Shown: positions 17,575 to 28,517 of the stretch, piece by piece
Numbering within the stretch: the stretch's first letter is position 1
Layout: every line of letters begins with the position of its first letter
Assembly: GCA_003558065.1 (NCBI GenBank)
Contig: PWMU01000177.1
Span: forward strand, 18,045-82,044
Origin: Opitutia bacterium
Lineage (GTDB): Bacteria; Verrucomicrobiota; Verrucomicrobiia; Opitutales; T3Sed10-336
DNA length: 64,000 nucleotides
Direction of reading: 5' to 3'
The notes under the pieces: generated by a model
Databases searched by the model: none
What the model was told of the DNA's origin: nothing
The model's input: the letters and a program-made list of their open reading frames with translations, nothing else
Position numbers and translations under genes: made by a program

Positions 17575-18362
17575 TGCAGATTCCGCAGGCGCCAGCTTTC
17601 GGGGTTCACCGGATCGAGGCTCAGGGCTTTGTCCGCAAACCGTTCAACGAGATCCGGATTGTGAAGCACGCAGAAGACGGTTCGCCGCCTCAGGCTCGCT
17701 TCCTGACGAAGGATGCCCAGCACTCGGCCCGACAGGTAGGCGTCGAGATTGGACACGGGTTCGTCGGCTAGAAAGAGTTCCGGCTCTTGAAACAGGGCGC
17801 GTGCGATTGCGGTGCGTTGCTGCTCCCCCCCGGAGATCTCCACGGCCCAACGGTAAAGGTAGCCGCCGAGACCCAGGTCGTTCAAGATCGAGAACGCTTC
17901 GCGCTTATCCGAACCGGGAAAGCCGAACAGCGTCCGCAAACACGAGTAGCGCCCAACCCGTCCGCACAAGACGTTGGAAAGGACGGTGTTGTTCCCGGTC
18001 AGCATGAAATTCTGAAAAATGATCCCGGTCCGGCGACGAAAATTCTCCGGTTCGTGCTGGCAGCCTTCGGTACATCGATACCGCACTTCGCCTTCGGTAG
18101 GCTTCAGCATTCCCGCCAGGCACGCCAGGAGACTGGACTTGCCGGCGCCGGAAGCTCCCACCACCGCGAGAAACTCCCCCCGCGCCACATCGAGGTTGAG
18201 ATGGCGCACGAGCCAGCGCCCTCCCCTGCGGATACCGAGATTCCGAATCCTGAGGTGCGGGGCTTCCTCCCCGGCATGACCCGAGACGTTCTCCGGGCTT
18301 CCGTTGGTCGACGGGAGCATCCGTTCCCCCTTTTTCCGCCGGATCGTCAGCATCCGTAACAT
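17571..18362 (-). CDS. phnC: Phosphonate-type ABC transporter ATP-binding protein
   Basis: Walker A GASGAGKSS, signature ISGGEQQRTAIARAL and Walker B LFLADEP. The true start may be the internal Met at 18320. Confidence 0.85.
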   Translation of the reverse strand: MLRMLTIRRKKGERMLPSTNGSPENVSGHAGEEAPHLRIRNLGIRRGGRWLVRHLNLDVARGEFLAVVGASGAGKSSLLACLAGMLKPTEGEVRYRCTEGCQHEPENFRRRTGIIFQNFMLTGNNTVLSNVLCGRVGRYSCLRTLFGFPGSDKREAFSILNDLGLGGYLYRWAVEISGGEQQRTAIARALFQEPELFLADEPVSNLDAYLSGRVLGILRQEASLRRRTVFCVLHNPDLVERFADKALSLDPVNPESWRLRNLH

Positions 18363-18475
18363 TCCTTTCCGTTACCAGGGCTCCCGTTTCGCCCGGCCCT
18401 CATCGACGGACCAGCGCCTCGATCGGAAGAGAGTTTTACCCTGAGCCTGTCTGAACGTCTCATCAAAGAAAAATC

Positions 18476-19390
18476 CTATCGGGCCGGCATTCGCCGGACC
18501 AACTCCATGGCATCGGTGATACTGGAAAGGTGGTCGTCGGCGTCCACTTCCACCATGCGGGAGGTGAAAACCCCGTCACGCAAATCCCGATGCTCCTCGT
18601 CGTTAAGCGTCAACAACACCTCCCGAAGCAAGTCCTTGTCCCGGTCCGAGAGCGACGCGCGCACCGCGATCACGTGCGTGGGAACCGGGCCCTGATCGGC
18701 CAGCATCCGGAGACGATCCCGCTGCTCTCCGCTCAGGTGACGCTCCTCGTCGAGCACGTAATAACTCACCGCCGCAGCTTCAGCCTCGCCCTCCAGCACC
18801 CGGTTGACCGCGGACACGTAACCGCTGCCGTAAAAGACATTGCCCGAACCGAAGAAACCTTCCGGCCCGGTTTCGTCGTCGATCAGCCCTTTCTGAAAAA
18901 GATCCCAAACAGGAATGACATATCCCGAGGTGCTCGTCCGGCTTGAGAAAGCGATCCGCTCGCCCTGCAGATCCTCCACGTCCTGATAGGGTTTGTCTTT
19001 CAATGTCACCCAGTAGCTTGTATAGGAAGTCTTTCCATCGATCTCTCCTGCCAGCAACACTTCGGCCACACCGCGCTGACGGGCGTGCACCATATCGGTC
19101 CCGCTGACATACCCGAGGTCGATGGTTCCATTGGCAAACCCTTCCTGAATCACCGACCCCGAAAGCGGCGAAAACACTTCCACGGAGACACCCAGACGGG
19201 ATGACAGGTGCTCCTCCAGCGCCCGTTTTTCAGCCATCATACGGTCCGGATCCTTGTCCGGCTTGAGGGCGACCACAAGCTCACGCTCGGAAAACTCCGA
19301 GTCGCGATCGCCCACTTCAGGAGGAGCACACCCCCCCAGGCCCAACAGAAAAAGGCCCCCCGCCCCCCAGTTCATGAAATTGAGTCTCAT
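18476..19390 (-). CDS. phnD: Phosphate/phosphite/phosphonate ABC substrate-binding lipoprotein
   Basis: Lipobox LLGLGGC, with FSSRTSTSGYVIPVWDLF and YGSGYVSAV typical of the PhnD family. Confidence 0.85.
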   Translation of the reverse strand: MRLNFMNWGAGGLFLLGLGGCAPPEVGDRDSEFSERELVVALKPDKDPDRMMAEKRALEEHLSSRLGVSVEVFSPLSGSVIQEGFANGTIDLGYVSGTDMVHARQRGVAEVLLAGEIDGKTSYTSYWVTLKDKPYQDVEDLQGERIAFSSRTSTSGYVIPVWDLFQKGLIDDETGPEGFFGSGNVFYGSGYVSAVNRVLEGEAEAAAVSYYVLDEERHLSGEQRDRLRMLADQGPVPTHVIAVRASLSDRDKDLLREVLLTLNDEEHRDLRDGVFTSRMVEVDADDHLSSITDAMELVRRMPAR

Positions 19391-19655
19391 ACCTAGGAAA
19401 AGGGTTGATGAGATCTGGTCTCATATCAAGCCTTTTCGACGAAAAGATTCCCTCGTGACCACGGGGCTCGCCTTTCCAAGGCGCAAACAGGCCCGATCCA
19501 GCCTCGATCCGGCCGGCTTCACCGGGTGTCTGTCGGGCTCCGCTCACTCAATACAGCCGTTCCATTCAACTGGAACTGTTCCGTTTTCAACGACAAAGCA
19601 CCGTCTGCAGAAACGAGCCGTTTCGCACGAGCAGCGCCAACACGGACAGAATTGA

Positions 19656-21023
<1,368 letters not shown>

Positions 21024-21099
21024 AACGGTTAATTCTCAGGAAAGAGGTTGATCTTTCGCTCTTTCCGACCACACTAAGGATTGAGATTAGGCTTCGTCG

Positions 21100-21822
21100 A
21101 TGAGCTACTACGATTACGAGAACTTCTCCGAAGGCGACTGGGACGACAGGAGCGATCTGGCCTGGAGTGAATTTGACTGGGAGAGGTACCTGTGCGAACA
21201 GGAAGATATTTTCCACCGGTACCTTTCACTTTACGCCAAATTCCGCAATCGTTCCGATCGACTGGACCGCGTCGCCTATCAGATGGGGTGGGATTCCGGC
21301 GAATGGACGTCGGCGCGTCCGCTGGGCGAGGACGAAGATTGCCTGGATGAGGATTTCTTTCAGGGGATTTCCGGGGAGCGCGGAGAGGAAGACGACGCCG
21401 AGGATCCGCTGGATCCTTATACGCTGTACCGCCACCCCATTTTCGTAGCGACCCGTTCGCTGTACATCAGCCTGAACGAAGCATGGGAACGTCTGATTGC
21501 CAACCCGACCAATCGTTTGCACCCGACGCTGGCTCATTCCTTCCAGAAGAGCCTGCAACGGGGCGAGACCCATGCCATTTTCGCAATACACGCCCTCGAT
21601 ATGGGAGATTATTCGCTTTGTGTCGCCCAGCTCAAACGGGCACTCAGCGACCTTAACCAATCTATTCACTTCCTGGAAGAGATCGCCAGATTACGCACCT
21701 ACTCGACTTCGATTTATCAACGCGAAGCACTCGCACAACTGTTCGACCTTCGGGAGATCTGGTTGCGTGTGACCCACTACTGCCGGGAAGAAGTCAACCG
21801 TCGCTATAACGACGAAGACTGA
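21100..21822 (+). CDS. Hypothetical protein with an acidic N-terminal half
   Basis: 240-aa ORF with coding-like composition, 26 nt upstream of the sigma-like ORF. I recognise no family. Confidence 0.55.
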   Translation: MSYYDYENFSEGDWDDRSDLAWSEFDWERYLCEQEDIFHRYLSLYAKFRNRSDRLDRVAYQMGWDSGEWTSARPLGEDEDCLDEDFFQGISGERGEEDDAEDPLDPYTLYRHPIFVATRSLYISLNEAWERLIANPTNRLHPTLAHSFQKSLQRGETHAIFAIHALDMGDYSLCVAQLKRALSDLNQSIHFLEEIARLRTYSTSIYQREALAQLFDLREIWLRVTHYCREEVNRRYNDED

Positions 21823-21848
21823 TCCCGACGCTGACAGACGATAGGTAC

Positions 21849-22682
21849 TTGAGAGTTGCCGTGATGACTGCAGTTATGGCTCGTGGTCCTGATGTTTCCA
21901 TGAATCCGCGCCGGAGGCGGTCGCATCTCAGGCGCCTGTTGCGGCAGGCCGTTCGCGGCGACGCCGAGGCTTTCGTGGCTCTCGCCGATCCCTATTTCGA
22001 TCTGATCACCGAATACCTGGTGCTCTCCGGAATAACGAAAGGACACGACCTTCATTCAAAAGCCGCGGAGATTCTTCACGAAATCTGGAAGTTTCTTCCC
22101 TTTATGCACCGGGTATCGGACTTCGAGAGGATTCTGGTGACAACGCTGTTCTCGGTCCGGCAACGCGACCGAACTCCCGCTGAAAATCCCTGCCGGGCAA
22201 AGCTTCAGTCACTCAACCCGAGAGAGAAGGTCGCTTTTCTGGCCCGGGATTTTGAAAACTGGGACTACGGCTGGACAGCGACCGCACTCCGCGTACCGCG
22301 TAAAGATCTCGGCGAAATCCTGATCGGCATTCGTTGCGGACTCCTGGGAATCGACCTTGCGGATTTGGACAAGGACAGCGCCACGTGTATCAGAAAACTT
22401 TCCCTGGATTTCGATGGTCAGCACTCCCCAAAGGAGAAAAAGAGAATCTGTCAGCGTCTCGGACACCTTCCTAAAGCCAGGGAATTCAAGTCGGGGTGGC
22501 TCAATCTGCGCTGTGAACTGATCGAGTTGCGACAGGAGATCCGGCTGCCCGAGGAGGAAAAGGAGGCTCTACTGAATTCACTCATCCCCGAACTCCGCGC
22601 CGACGCGATGATCCAGGTTCCGCTTCTGGAACGTTTCGCCAATTGGTGGAACTTCCGCCAGACCTCGGCCACGGCGATCTGA
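21849..22682 (+). CDS. ECF-sigma-like protein with a C-terminal degenerate anti-sigma (ZAS-like) extension
   Basis: LLRQAVRGDAEAFVALADPYFDLITEYL...AAEILHEIWKFLPF is region-2-like. LNPREKVAFLARDFENWDYGWTATALRVPRKDLGEILIGIRCGL is region-4-like. CIRKLSLDFDGQHSPKEKKRICQRLGHLPKAREF is ZAS-like but lacks the H..C..C ligands. The start is uncertain: ATGs occur at 21864, 21876 and 21900. Confidence 0.55.
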   Translation: MRVAVMTAVMARGPDVSMNPRRRRSHLRRLLRQAVRGDAEAFVALADPYFDLITEYLVLSGITKGHDLHSKAAEILHEIWKFLPFMHRVSDFERILVTTLFSVRQRDRTPAENPCRAKLQSLNPREKVAFLARDFENWDYGWTATALRVPRKDLGEILIGIRCGLLGIDLADLDKDSATCIRKLSLDFDGQHSPKEKKRICQRLGHLPKAREFKSGWLNLRCELIELRQEIRLPEEEKEALLNSLIPELRADAMIQVPLLERFANWWNFRQTSATAI

Positions 22683-22731
22683 GGGCGGGACCCTGCGCCG
22701 GCATCCCCCCTCGTCTTAGTGCCGTCGAGTT

Positions 22732-24057
22732 CTAATTCCTCCCCCGCGACTGCGCGGTACCCCTGCGCGAATTGCCGCGGCCGCCGGAACGTCGCCCTCC
22801 CGAATTGCGCGGCCCATGGCCCCGCGAAGAGCCGCCACTCGAACGACCTCCCCTGCCGGATGCCTGCGATTGTTTCGATCGGCTATACGCGTCGGCAATA
22901 TCCCCGGCATGGTGGGTATGTCCTTCATGTACCGAGATCTCCTGACGTATCAACTTTTCAATATCGCGGAGACAGCCAAACTCTTCTTCGCCACAAAACG
23001 ATAGAGCCCTTCCCTCGGCACCGGCACGAGCCGTTCGTCCGATACGGTGAACATAGGACTCCGCCTCATTCGGCAGATCGTAATTGATGACCAAAGCGAT
23101 ATTTTTCACATCAATCCCCCGCGCGGCCACGTCTGTCGCCACCAGGACCCGCGTTCGGCCGGTTCGAAACTTTTCCAATGCCTTCTGACGGGCCGCCTGC
23201 GACTTATTGCCGTGAATCGCATCGGCCAGGATGCCATCGCGATCAAGATTGCGAGCCAAACGACTGGCCCCGTGTTTGGTCTTGCTGAAAACCAGTGTCA
23301 ACCCCTCACCCTCGGCTTCCCTCTGCTCCCGCACCAGGTTCAAGAGCGTCGCCGCTTTGTCCGCCTTGCGCAAGAAACAGATCGAGTGTTCTATCTTTTC
23401 AGCAGTGGTCGTGGATGGCGTAATATTCACCGATACAGGCTCACTCAACATCGTCGCGGCAAGCCTGGTAATCTCGGCTGAAATCGTGGCTGAAAAGAAA
23501 AGCGTCTGGCGCCGCGAAGGAATCTCCCTGACGATCTTGCGCATATCATTGATAAAGCCCATATCAAGCATGCGATCCGCCTCGTCCAGCACGAAAACCT
23601 CGACCTCACCCAGTTCCAGGTGGCCCTGCTCCTTCAGATCAAGCAGCCGCCCCGGAGTGGCCACAAGAACGTCGAGACCACGAGCCAGCGCTCTAACCTG
23701 GGGCCCCTGACCGACCCCTCCGTATACGGTCGCCAGGCTGAAGCGGATATGCTTTCCGTACTTCTGAAAACTTTCCGCGACCTGGACAGCCAACTCCCGG
23801 GTCGGAGTAAGCACGAGACAACGCATGTTCCGCGATTTCACCCGCCGCGCCGACTCGCTCAAACGCTGAAGAGTCGGCAGCACGAAAGCGGCTGTTTTCC
23901 CCGTCCCGGTCTGTGCACACCCGAGTAAATCGCGACCTTCAATTAGCGACGGAATAGCCTGAGCCTGAATCGGTGAAGGCACCGTATACTCGTTTTCGCG
24001 CAACGCGCGTTGCAGGGGCGCTGCCAGCGGCAACGCCTCGAATGATGTAATTGACAT
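22732..24057 (-). CDS. DEAD-box ATP-dependent RNA helicase (RhlE-like) with an RG-rich tail
   Basis: Q-motif PSPIQ, AQTGTGKTAAF, DEAD, SAT, HRIGRTARAG, and a C-terminal RGGRSSGGSSRGHG..GGRRSGGRG. Confidence 0.9.
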   Translation of the reverse strand: MSITSFEALPLAAPLQRALRENEYTVPSPIQAQAIPSLIEGRDLLGCAQTGTGKTAAFVLPTLQRLSESARRVKSRNMRCLVLTPTRELAVQVAESFQKYGKHIRFSLATVYGGVGQGPQVRALARGLDVLVATPGRLLDLKEQGHLELGEVEVFVLDEADRMLDMGFINDMRKIVREIPSRRQTLFFSATISAEITRLAATMLSEPVSVNITPSTTTAEKIEHSICFLRKADKAATLLNLVREQREAEGEGLTLVFSKTKHGASRLARNLDRDGILADAIHGNKSQAARQKALEKFRTGRTRVLVATDVAARGIDVKNIALVINYDLPNEAESYVHRIGRTARAGAEGRALSFCGEEEFGCLRDIEKLIRQEISVHEGHTHHAGDIADAYSRSKQSQASGRGGRSSGGSSRGHGPRNSGGRRSGGRGNSRRGTAQSRGRN

Positions 24058-24445
24058 AATCTTTATTTTGTTTGGGTCCGAAAAAGAACAACACGCAACC
24101 CGCGCAGCATTCGGACAGCTCGATGAGAGAAACGACTACCCGTACCAATCTCTCACCGATAAAGACCAAGTCAGGGAACCGGCCAACTGCGGGAAATGCT
24201 CCCACGCAACCAGCGGCCATTCCCAAGAGGAACCACGAATGGTGGTTACGCAAGGAGGAAATCAAAAAAAATCCATTCAATAGAATAGCCGGCCTATATT
24301 GGAATGGCGGTCAGGAGGCTCGATTGGAGGGATTGGGCTTATGGAGAGGGGGGACCCGCTCGCTAGAGCGGTGGGGTGGGTCCGTACCCATCCTTCCATC
24401 GATCTACATCGCTTGTCCGAGCAGCCATTTCGGATAGCAACCTTT

Positions 24446-25837
24446 TCACGACCGTGCGGACGTTACCCCCTTCGACGCAACCTGCCACAGAATCCGCTTG
24501 GACGCGGCTATGCCTTTTTTCATAACTCCCAAATGAAAGCTCTCGTCCGGTGCGTGGAGATTGTCCTCGGGAAGAAAGAGCCCGATCATCAAGGAATCCA
24601 ATCCTGTGATACGTTTGAGGTCGGCGATAATCGGCACGCTCCCACCCTCCCGCAAATACAGAGGCGGTTTGCCAAACTCTTCCGCAATGGCTTCGTCCGC
24701 CGCACGGAAAGCGGCGGCCAAGGCCTCGGGTTGATTTTTCGGCGTATTCGGTTTTCCCGGAGGAACCACCAGGTAGGGAGCCCCACTGTGGCCGGGCGTG
24801 ATAGTGAGGGAAACTCCCGAGGGACAACGCTCCCTTAACAGGTCCGTCAATGCCTTCTGCACGCGCGCCGGATTCTGTTCCGCAACCAGACGACAACTGA
24901 TCTTGGCGAATGCCCTGCTGGGGATCACGGTTTTTGATCCCTCTCCCTGATAGCCGCCTCCGATGCCGTTGAATTCCAACGTCGGACGAAACCGCACGCA
25001 TTCGAAAGGAGTGTACCCCTTTTCCGTATAAAACTGTTCGATGCCAAGAAACCCGGCGTATTCGGCCTCGGAGACCCCAAGCTTGCCGATCTCCTCTCGT
25101 TCCCAGTCCTGTACCGGCCGCACATCGTCGTAGAAGCCCGGCACATTAACACGGCCGTCCTTGTCGTGCAAAGAGGCGCAAATTTCCGCAAGGGCCTGAA
25201 TCGGATTGAGCACGGCACCGCCATGGACCCCGGAGTGCAGATCCGACTTGGGGCCGGTCGCTTCGATTTCAAGGCAAACGATGCCGCGCAATCCTGTAGT
25301 GACAACAATCTGAGACTCGTTTGGGCTGCCGGTGTCGGACAACAACACAAAATCGGCGTCAAACAGATCCTTATGCTTCTTGAGGAAAGGAACAAAACTG
25401 GGACTGCCGATCTCCTCCTCTCCTTCAATGAGGAAAGTAAGGCGAAGAGGCGGATCGGGGTATTCCTGGAGAAGCTGAGCCACCGCGGCCAGGTGGGTTA
25501 TGAGGGGGCCCTTATTATCGGCCGCGCCGCGCCCGTAGATACGTCCGTTCCGTTCCCCGGGCTCAAACGGCGGATTGGTCCACAGCTCAAGCGGGTCGGG
25601 AGGCTGCACGTCGTAATGTCCATAGATCACCACATGCGGCCAGGATGGATCGCCGTCCCGGCGGCCGATAATGATGGGGTGAAGGGGCGTGGGGATTTCC
25701 TCCACCGAAAAACCAACCTGCTTCAGGAGGTTGCCGACATAGTCGCGGGCGTCTTTCATGCCCGCTTCCCGGGTCGAGTCGGTGGAAACACTGGGAAAGC
25801 GCACGAACTCCTTGAGGGATTCAACCGGATCAATCAT
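24446..25837 (-). CDS. M20 family metallopeptidase / dipeptidase
   Basis: 463 aa. FPSVSTDS..., HVVIYGHYDVQP, GRGAADNKGP and LIEGEEEIGS are typical M20 motifs. Confidence 0.85.
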   Translation of the reverse strand: MIDPVESLKEFVRFPSVSTDSTREAGMKDARDYVGNLLKQVGFSVEEIPTPLHPIIIGRRDGDPSWPHVVIYGHYDVQPPDPLELWTNPPFEPGERNGRIYGRGAADNKGPLITHLAAVAQLLQEYPDPPLRLTFLIEGEEEIGSPSFVPFLKKHKDLFDADFVLLSDTGSPNESQIVVTTGLRGIVCLEIEATGPKSDLHSGVHGGAVLNPIQALAEICASLHDKDGRVNVPGFYDDVRPVQDWEREEIGKLGVSEAEYAGFLGIEQFYTEKGYTPFECVRFRPTLEFNGIGGGYQGEGSKTVIPSRAFAKISCRLVAEQNPARVQKALTDLLRERCPSGVSLTITPGHSGAPYLVVPPGKPNTPKNQPEALAAAFRAADEAIAEEFGKPPLYLREGGSVPIIADLKRITGLDSLMIGLFLPEDNLHAPDESFHLGVMKKGIAASKRILWQVASKGVTSARS

Positions 25838-25988
25838 CAGGCAATCCTAGCCGGGCGAACCGCTGGAGGACAATCATCGTTTTCGAAGCGGTATCGTCTT
25901 TCCTTCCGCAACTCGCCCTCTTCTGCCCGCTGCTCCCCCCTCCTGGCGCCAAAGCGAGGAGTCCTCCCCTCTTCAGGCGCCCTCGCCT

Positions 25989-26804
25989 CTACCGCTCGCT
26001 TTGCGCTTCCTCGTAATACCCCATGGCACGGGGCATGATTTTTTCCAGATCGCTGACCCGGGTGGCGTGGGTCGGGTGGGTTGAAAGGAATGCGGGGGGA
26101 CTGGCGCTGCCCTCGGCGGCCTCGGCCATTCGCTCCCAAAACCGGGGCGCTGCTCGCGGATCGTAACCGGCTCGGGATGAATAATAGAGCCCCAACTCGT
26201 CCGCCTCCGACTCGGCGCTGCGCGAGTAAGGCAGGATATACCCAAACGTGGCGCCGGCCCCGTAGGCCATCAACGCCATCTGACGGGTCTCCTCCTCCTG
26301 GCGGCGCAGAGCGGTGTCGAGGGCAATTCCGCCGGCGGAAATCAACAGGTACTGGGACATGCGCTCGTTCCCGTGCCGTGCCGTGACGTGGGCGACTTCG
26401 TGCCCCATCACCACGGCGAGGTCGTCCTCGGTCTCGGCTACCTTGAAGAGCCCCTCGTAAACCCCGACCTTCCCCCCCGGAAGCGCGAACGCGTTAATAG
26501 CGTCGTTCTCGAAAAGAACGAATTCCCAATCGAGCCCGGGCAAATCCCTTTCGGCCACGGCGGCGATCCGCCGCCCCACCCGCTCGACCATTTCCGTCTT
26601 TTCACGATCGCTGGAAATCGTTTCCTCGTTTTTAATCTCGGCGAACGAACTTTCCCCGAGCGCGATCTCCTGCTCGATAGGAACCAGGGAGAGGCTTTTA
26701 CGGCCGGTGTCCGGCACCACATGGCAACCCGCAACGAAAACGCAGATCAACAAGCAGGAAAGGACCGCGCGGGCCGGGGAAAAGAGACGGGCTGTGAGTG
26801 TCAT
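25989..26804 (-). CDS. M48 family zinc metalloprotease lipoprotein
   Basis: Lipobox VFVAGC, the HEVAHVTARH (HExxH) motif and a downstream E in SAESEADELG. Confidence 0.85.
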   Translation of the reverse strand: MTLTARLFSPARAVLSCLLICVFVAGCHVVPDTGRKSLSLVPIEQEIALGESSFAEIKNEETISSDREKTEMVERVGRRIAAVAERDLPGLDWEFVLFENDAINAFALPGGKVGVYEGLFKVAETEDDLAVVMGHEVAHVTARHGNERMSQYLLISAGGIALDTALRRQEEETRQMALMAYGAGATFGYILPYSRSAESEADELGLYYSSRAGYDPRAAPRFWERMAEAAEGSASPPAFLSTHPTHATRVSDLEKIMPRAMGYYEEAQSER

Positions 26805-26825
26805 TTAGAGTAAAACCTAACCGGA

Positions 26826-27428
26826 TCAGACGAGATCGCAAGCTTCAGGCGGCATCCAATGGGCGTCCCTGCCTTCCCATTTCACGTTGCAGCCGATCGG
26901 ATTGGTCACCGGACGGCTGACCGGTTTGCCGTCCAGGTGTTCCCGGAGCGCGTTGTCGAGGTCATTGATCGTCATCTTCGCCGGCTCGCGCGGATTGTCG
27001 ATTGCCCGGCCGGTGTAGATCAGTCGCCTGTCCCGGTTAAAGACAAAGAAATGGGGAGTTCTGAGCGCGCCGTAATTCCAGGCCACTTGCTGCTTCTCAT
27101 CGTGGAGGTAAACCCAGGGAAACCGTTGGTTTTTCATCCGCTCGACCATATGTTCGAACGAGTCCTCTTCGTAGGTATTCCGGCTGTTGGAGTTAATCCC
27201 CACGAATTTGACCCCCTTCGGACCGAATGTCTCCGCGGATTTCCGGGTCAGCTCGTCCGAGTTCTTCACATAGGGGCAATGGTTGCAGGTGAAAAAAACA
27301 ACGAGGACCGGGAATTCTTCAAAATCGGCCAGGGTACGGGTCTTTCCGTCGGTCGCCGGCAAAGAGAAATCCGGCGCCTTATCCCCGATACTCAGCGTAA
27401 ACGGCTTCTTATTCTCTTGGGTGCTCAT
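26826..27428 (-). CDS. Thioredoxin-fold thiol-disulfide oxidoreductase (redoxin/AhpC-TSA-like)
   Basis: [34 protein letters not shown] contains a CxxC active site. Confidence 0.8.
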   Translation of the reverse strand: MSTQENKKPFTLSIGDKAPDFSLPATDGKTRTLADFEEFPVLVVFFTCNHCPYVKNSDELTRKSAETFGPKGVKFVGINSNSRNTYEEDSFEHMVERMKNQRFPWVYLHDEKQQVAWNYGALRTPHFFVFNRDRRLIYTGRAIDNPREPAKMTINDLDNALREHLDGKPVSRPVTNPIGCNVKWEGRDAHWMPPEACDLV

Positions 27429-27494
27429 AAGACAATCTTACCTCAATTTATCCGACGGTAAAGGGCAATAATTGGCGGCGTCCCGGGGGCCCGC

Positions 27495-28004
27495 TCAAGA
27501 AGGGAGAGCCCAGAAGAAACCGGCGATGATGGCGCAGGAGATGGCCAACTTGAGAACAAAAGCGGCGATTCCGCCCACGACGGTCCCGACGCCCGCCCGT
27601 CCTGCCCGGCGCCAGTTCCGGTCCCTGATCAGCTCCACCAGAACGGCGCCGGCAATCGGCCCTAGGATCAACCCGGGAATATTGAAGAAAGCCAGGCCGA
27701 TCACAGCCCCGGCCAGCGCCCCCACCGCCCCCTGCCAGCTGGCGCCAAAGCGGCGGGCTCCCCAGTAGGAACAGGCAAAATCAAGTCCCTGCGCCACGAC
27801 GGCCAACGCCGTGGCCACGGCAAAGAACCCCCACGACACCGACTCGTCACCGAGTGCGAGTTTATGGACCAGGACCCCCAGCCAGACGATCACCGTTCCC
27901 GGCAGCACCGGAAGAAAACAACCCGCCACCCCGATCGCGAATATCACGACGGTAACAATCAGCATGACGGTACTCAACATCGACAGTGTCTTCCTTTGGA
28001 TCAA
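27495..28004 (-). CDS. DUF456-like membrane protein
   Basis: Four hydrophobic segments. GCFLPVLPGTVIVWLG matches my memory of the DUF456 N-terminal motif. Confidence 0.65.
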   Translation of the reverse strand: MIQRKTLSMLSTVMLIVTVVIFAIGVAGCFLPVLPGTVIVWLGVLVHKLALGDESVSWGFFAVATALAVVAQGLDFACSYWGARRFGASWQGAVGALAGAVIGLAFFNIPGLILGPIAGAVLVELIRDRNWRRAGRAGVGTVVGGIAAFVLKLAISCAIIAGFFWALPS

Positions 28005-28379
28005 TCAGCTTGACCGCCATCCGCGGTGACGCGCCACCACCCAGGTGTACACCAGTATATTGAAAGTCATAAGCGCGCCGCCGAGCACAAACTGGACGGT
28101 CTGGGTGAGCTCGCCCGGATAAATCAACGGGAGAATATAGTGCTCGATGAACCCCCCTTCATACCCGGCCTGACCGGCCGCCCGCCGCAGCTGGTGCTCA
28201 AGGGGCGTCAGGGGACAGACCCAGCCGACCGTTATGATGCTCGCGCCCCAAAGGAAACACGGCAGGTGCGCCCAGGCCGCTTTCGGCCACTTGAGAGCGA
28301 GAAGTCCCCCGAAAATCACGAAAAGGATAAAGCCAAAGTGCACCACCAACACCACGTCTGCCAGAATCCGGTACAGCAT
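28005..28379 (-). CDS. DUF2784-like membrane protein
   Basis: ATG at 28379. MLYRILADVVLVVHFGFILFVIFGG..., WVCPLTPLEHQLRRAAG and GGFIEHYILPLIYP match the family pattern. Confidence 0.65.
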   Translation of the reverse strand: MLYRILADVVLVVHFGFILFVIFGGLLALKWPKAAWAHLPCFLWGASIITVGWVCPLTPLEHQLRRAAGQAGYEGGFIEHYILPLIYPGELTQTVQFVLGGALMTFNILVYTWVVARHRGWRSS

Positions 28380-28517
28380 TGCTCTCGGATGCTGACAACT
28401 TCGTGCACAATGTAAACGGCTGAATACTCCGGGGGCCCGTTGCAGCACCAGTCTCAATTAGCATTTGCCAAATCACCCTCTCCTCTTCGAAAATGATCGC
28501 CAAACCGGAATTCCGTC

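Noticed and set aside
19382-19424. Repeated GTCTCAT motifs and the ATGAGA-N5-TCTCAT dyad upstream of phnD, considered as a Pho box
   Set aside because: There is no resemblance to CTGTCAT-N4-CTGTCAT. One repeat is simply the start-codon region. The evidence is too weak to call a site.
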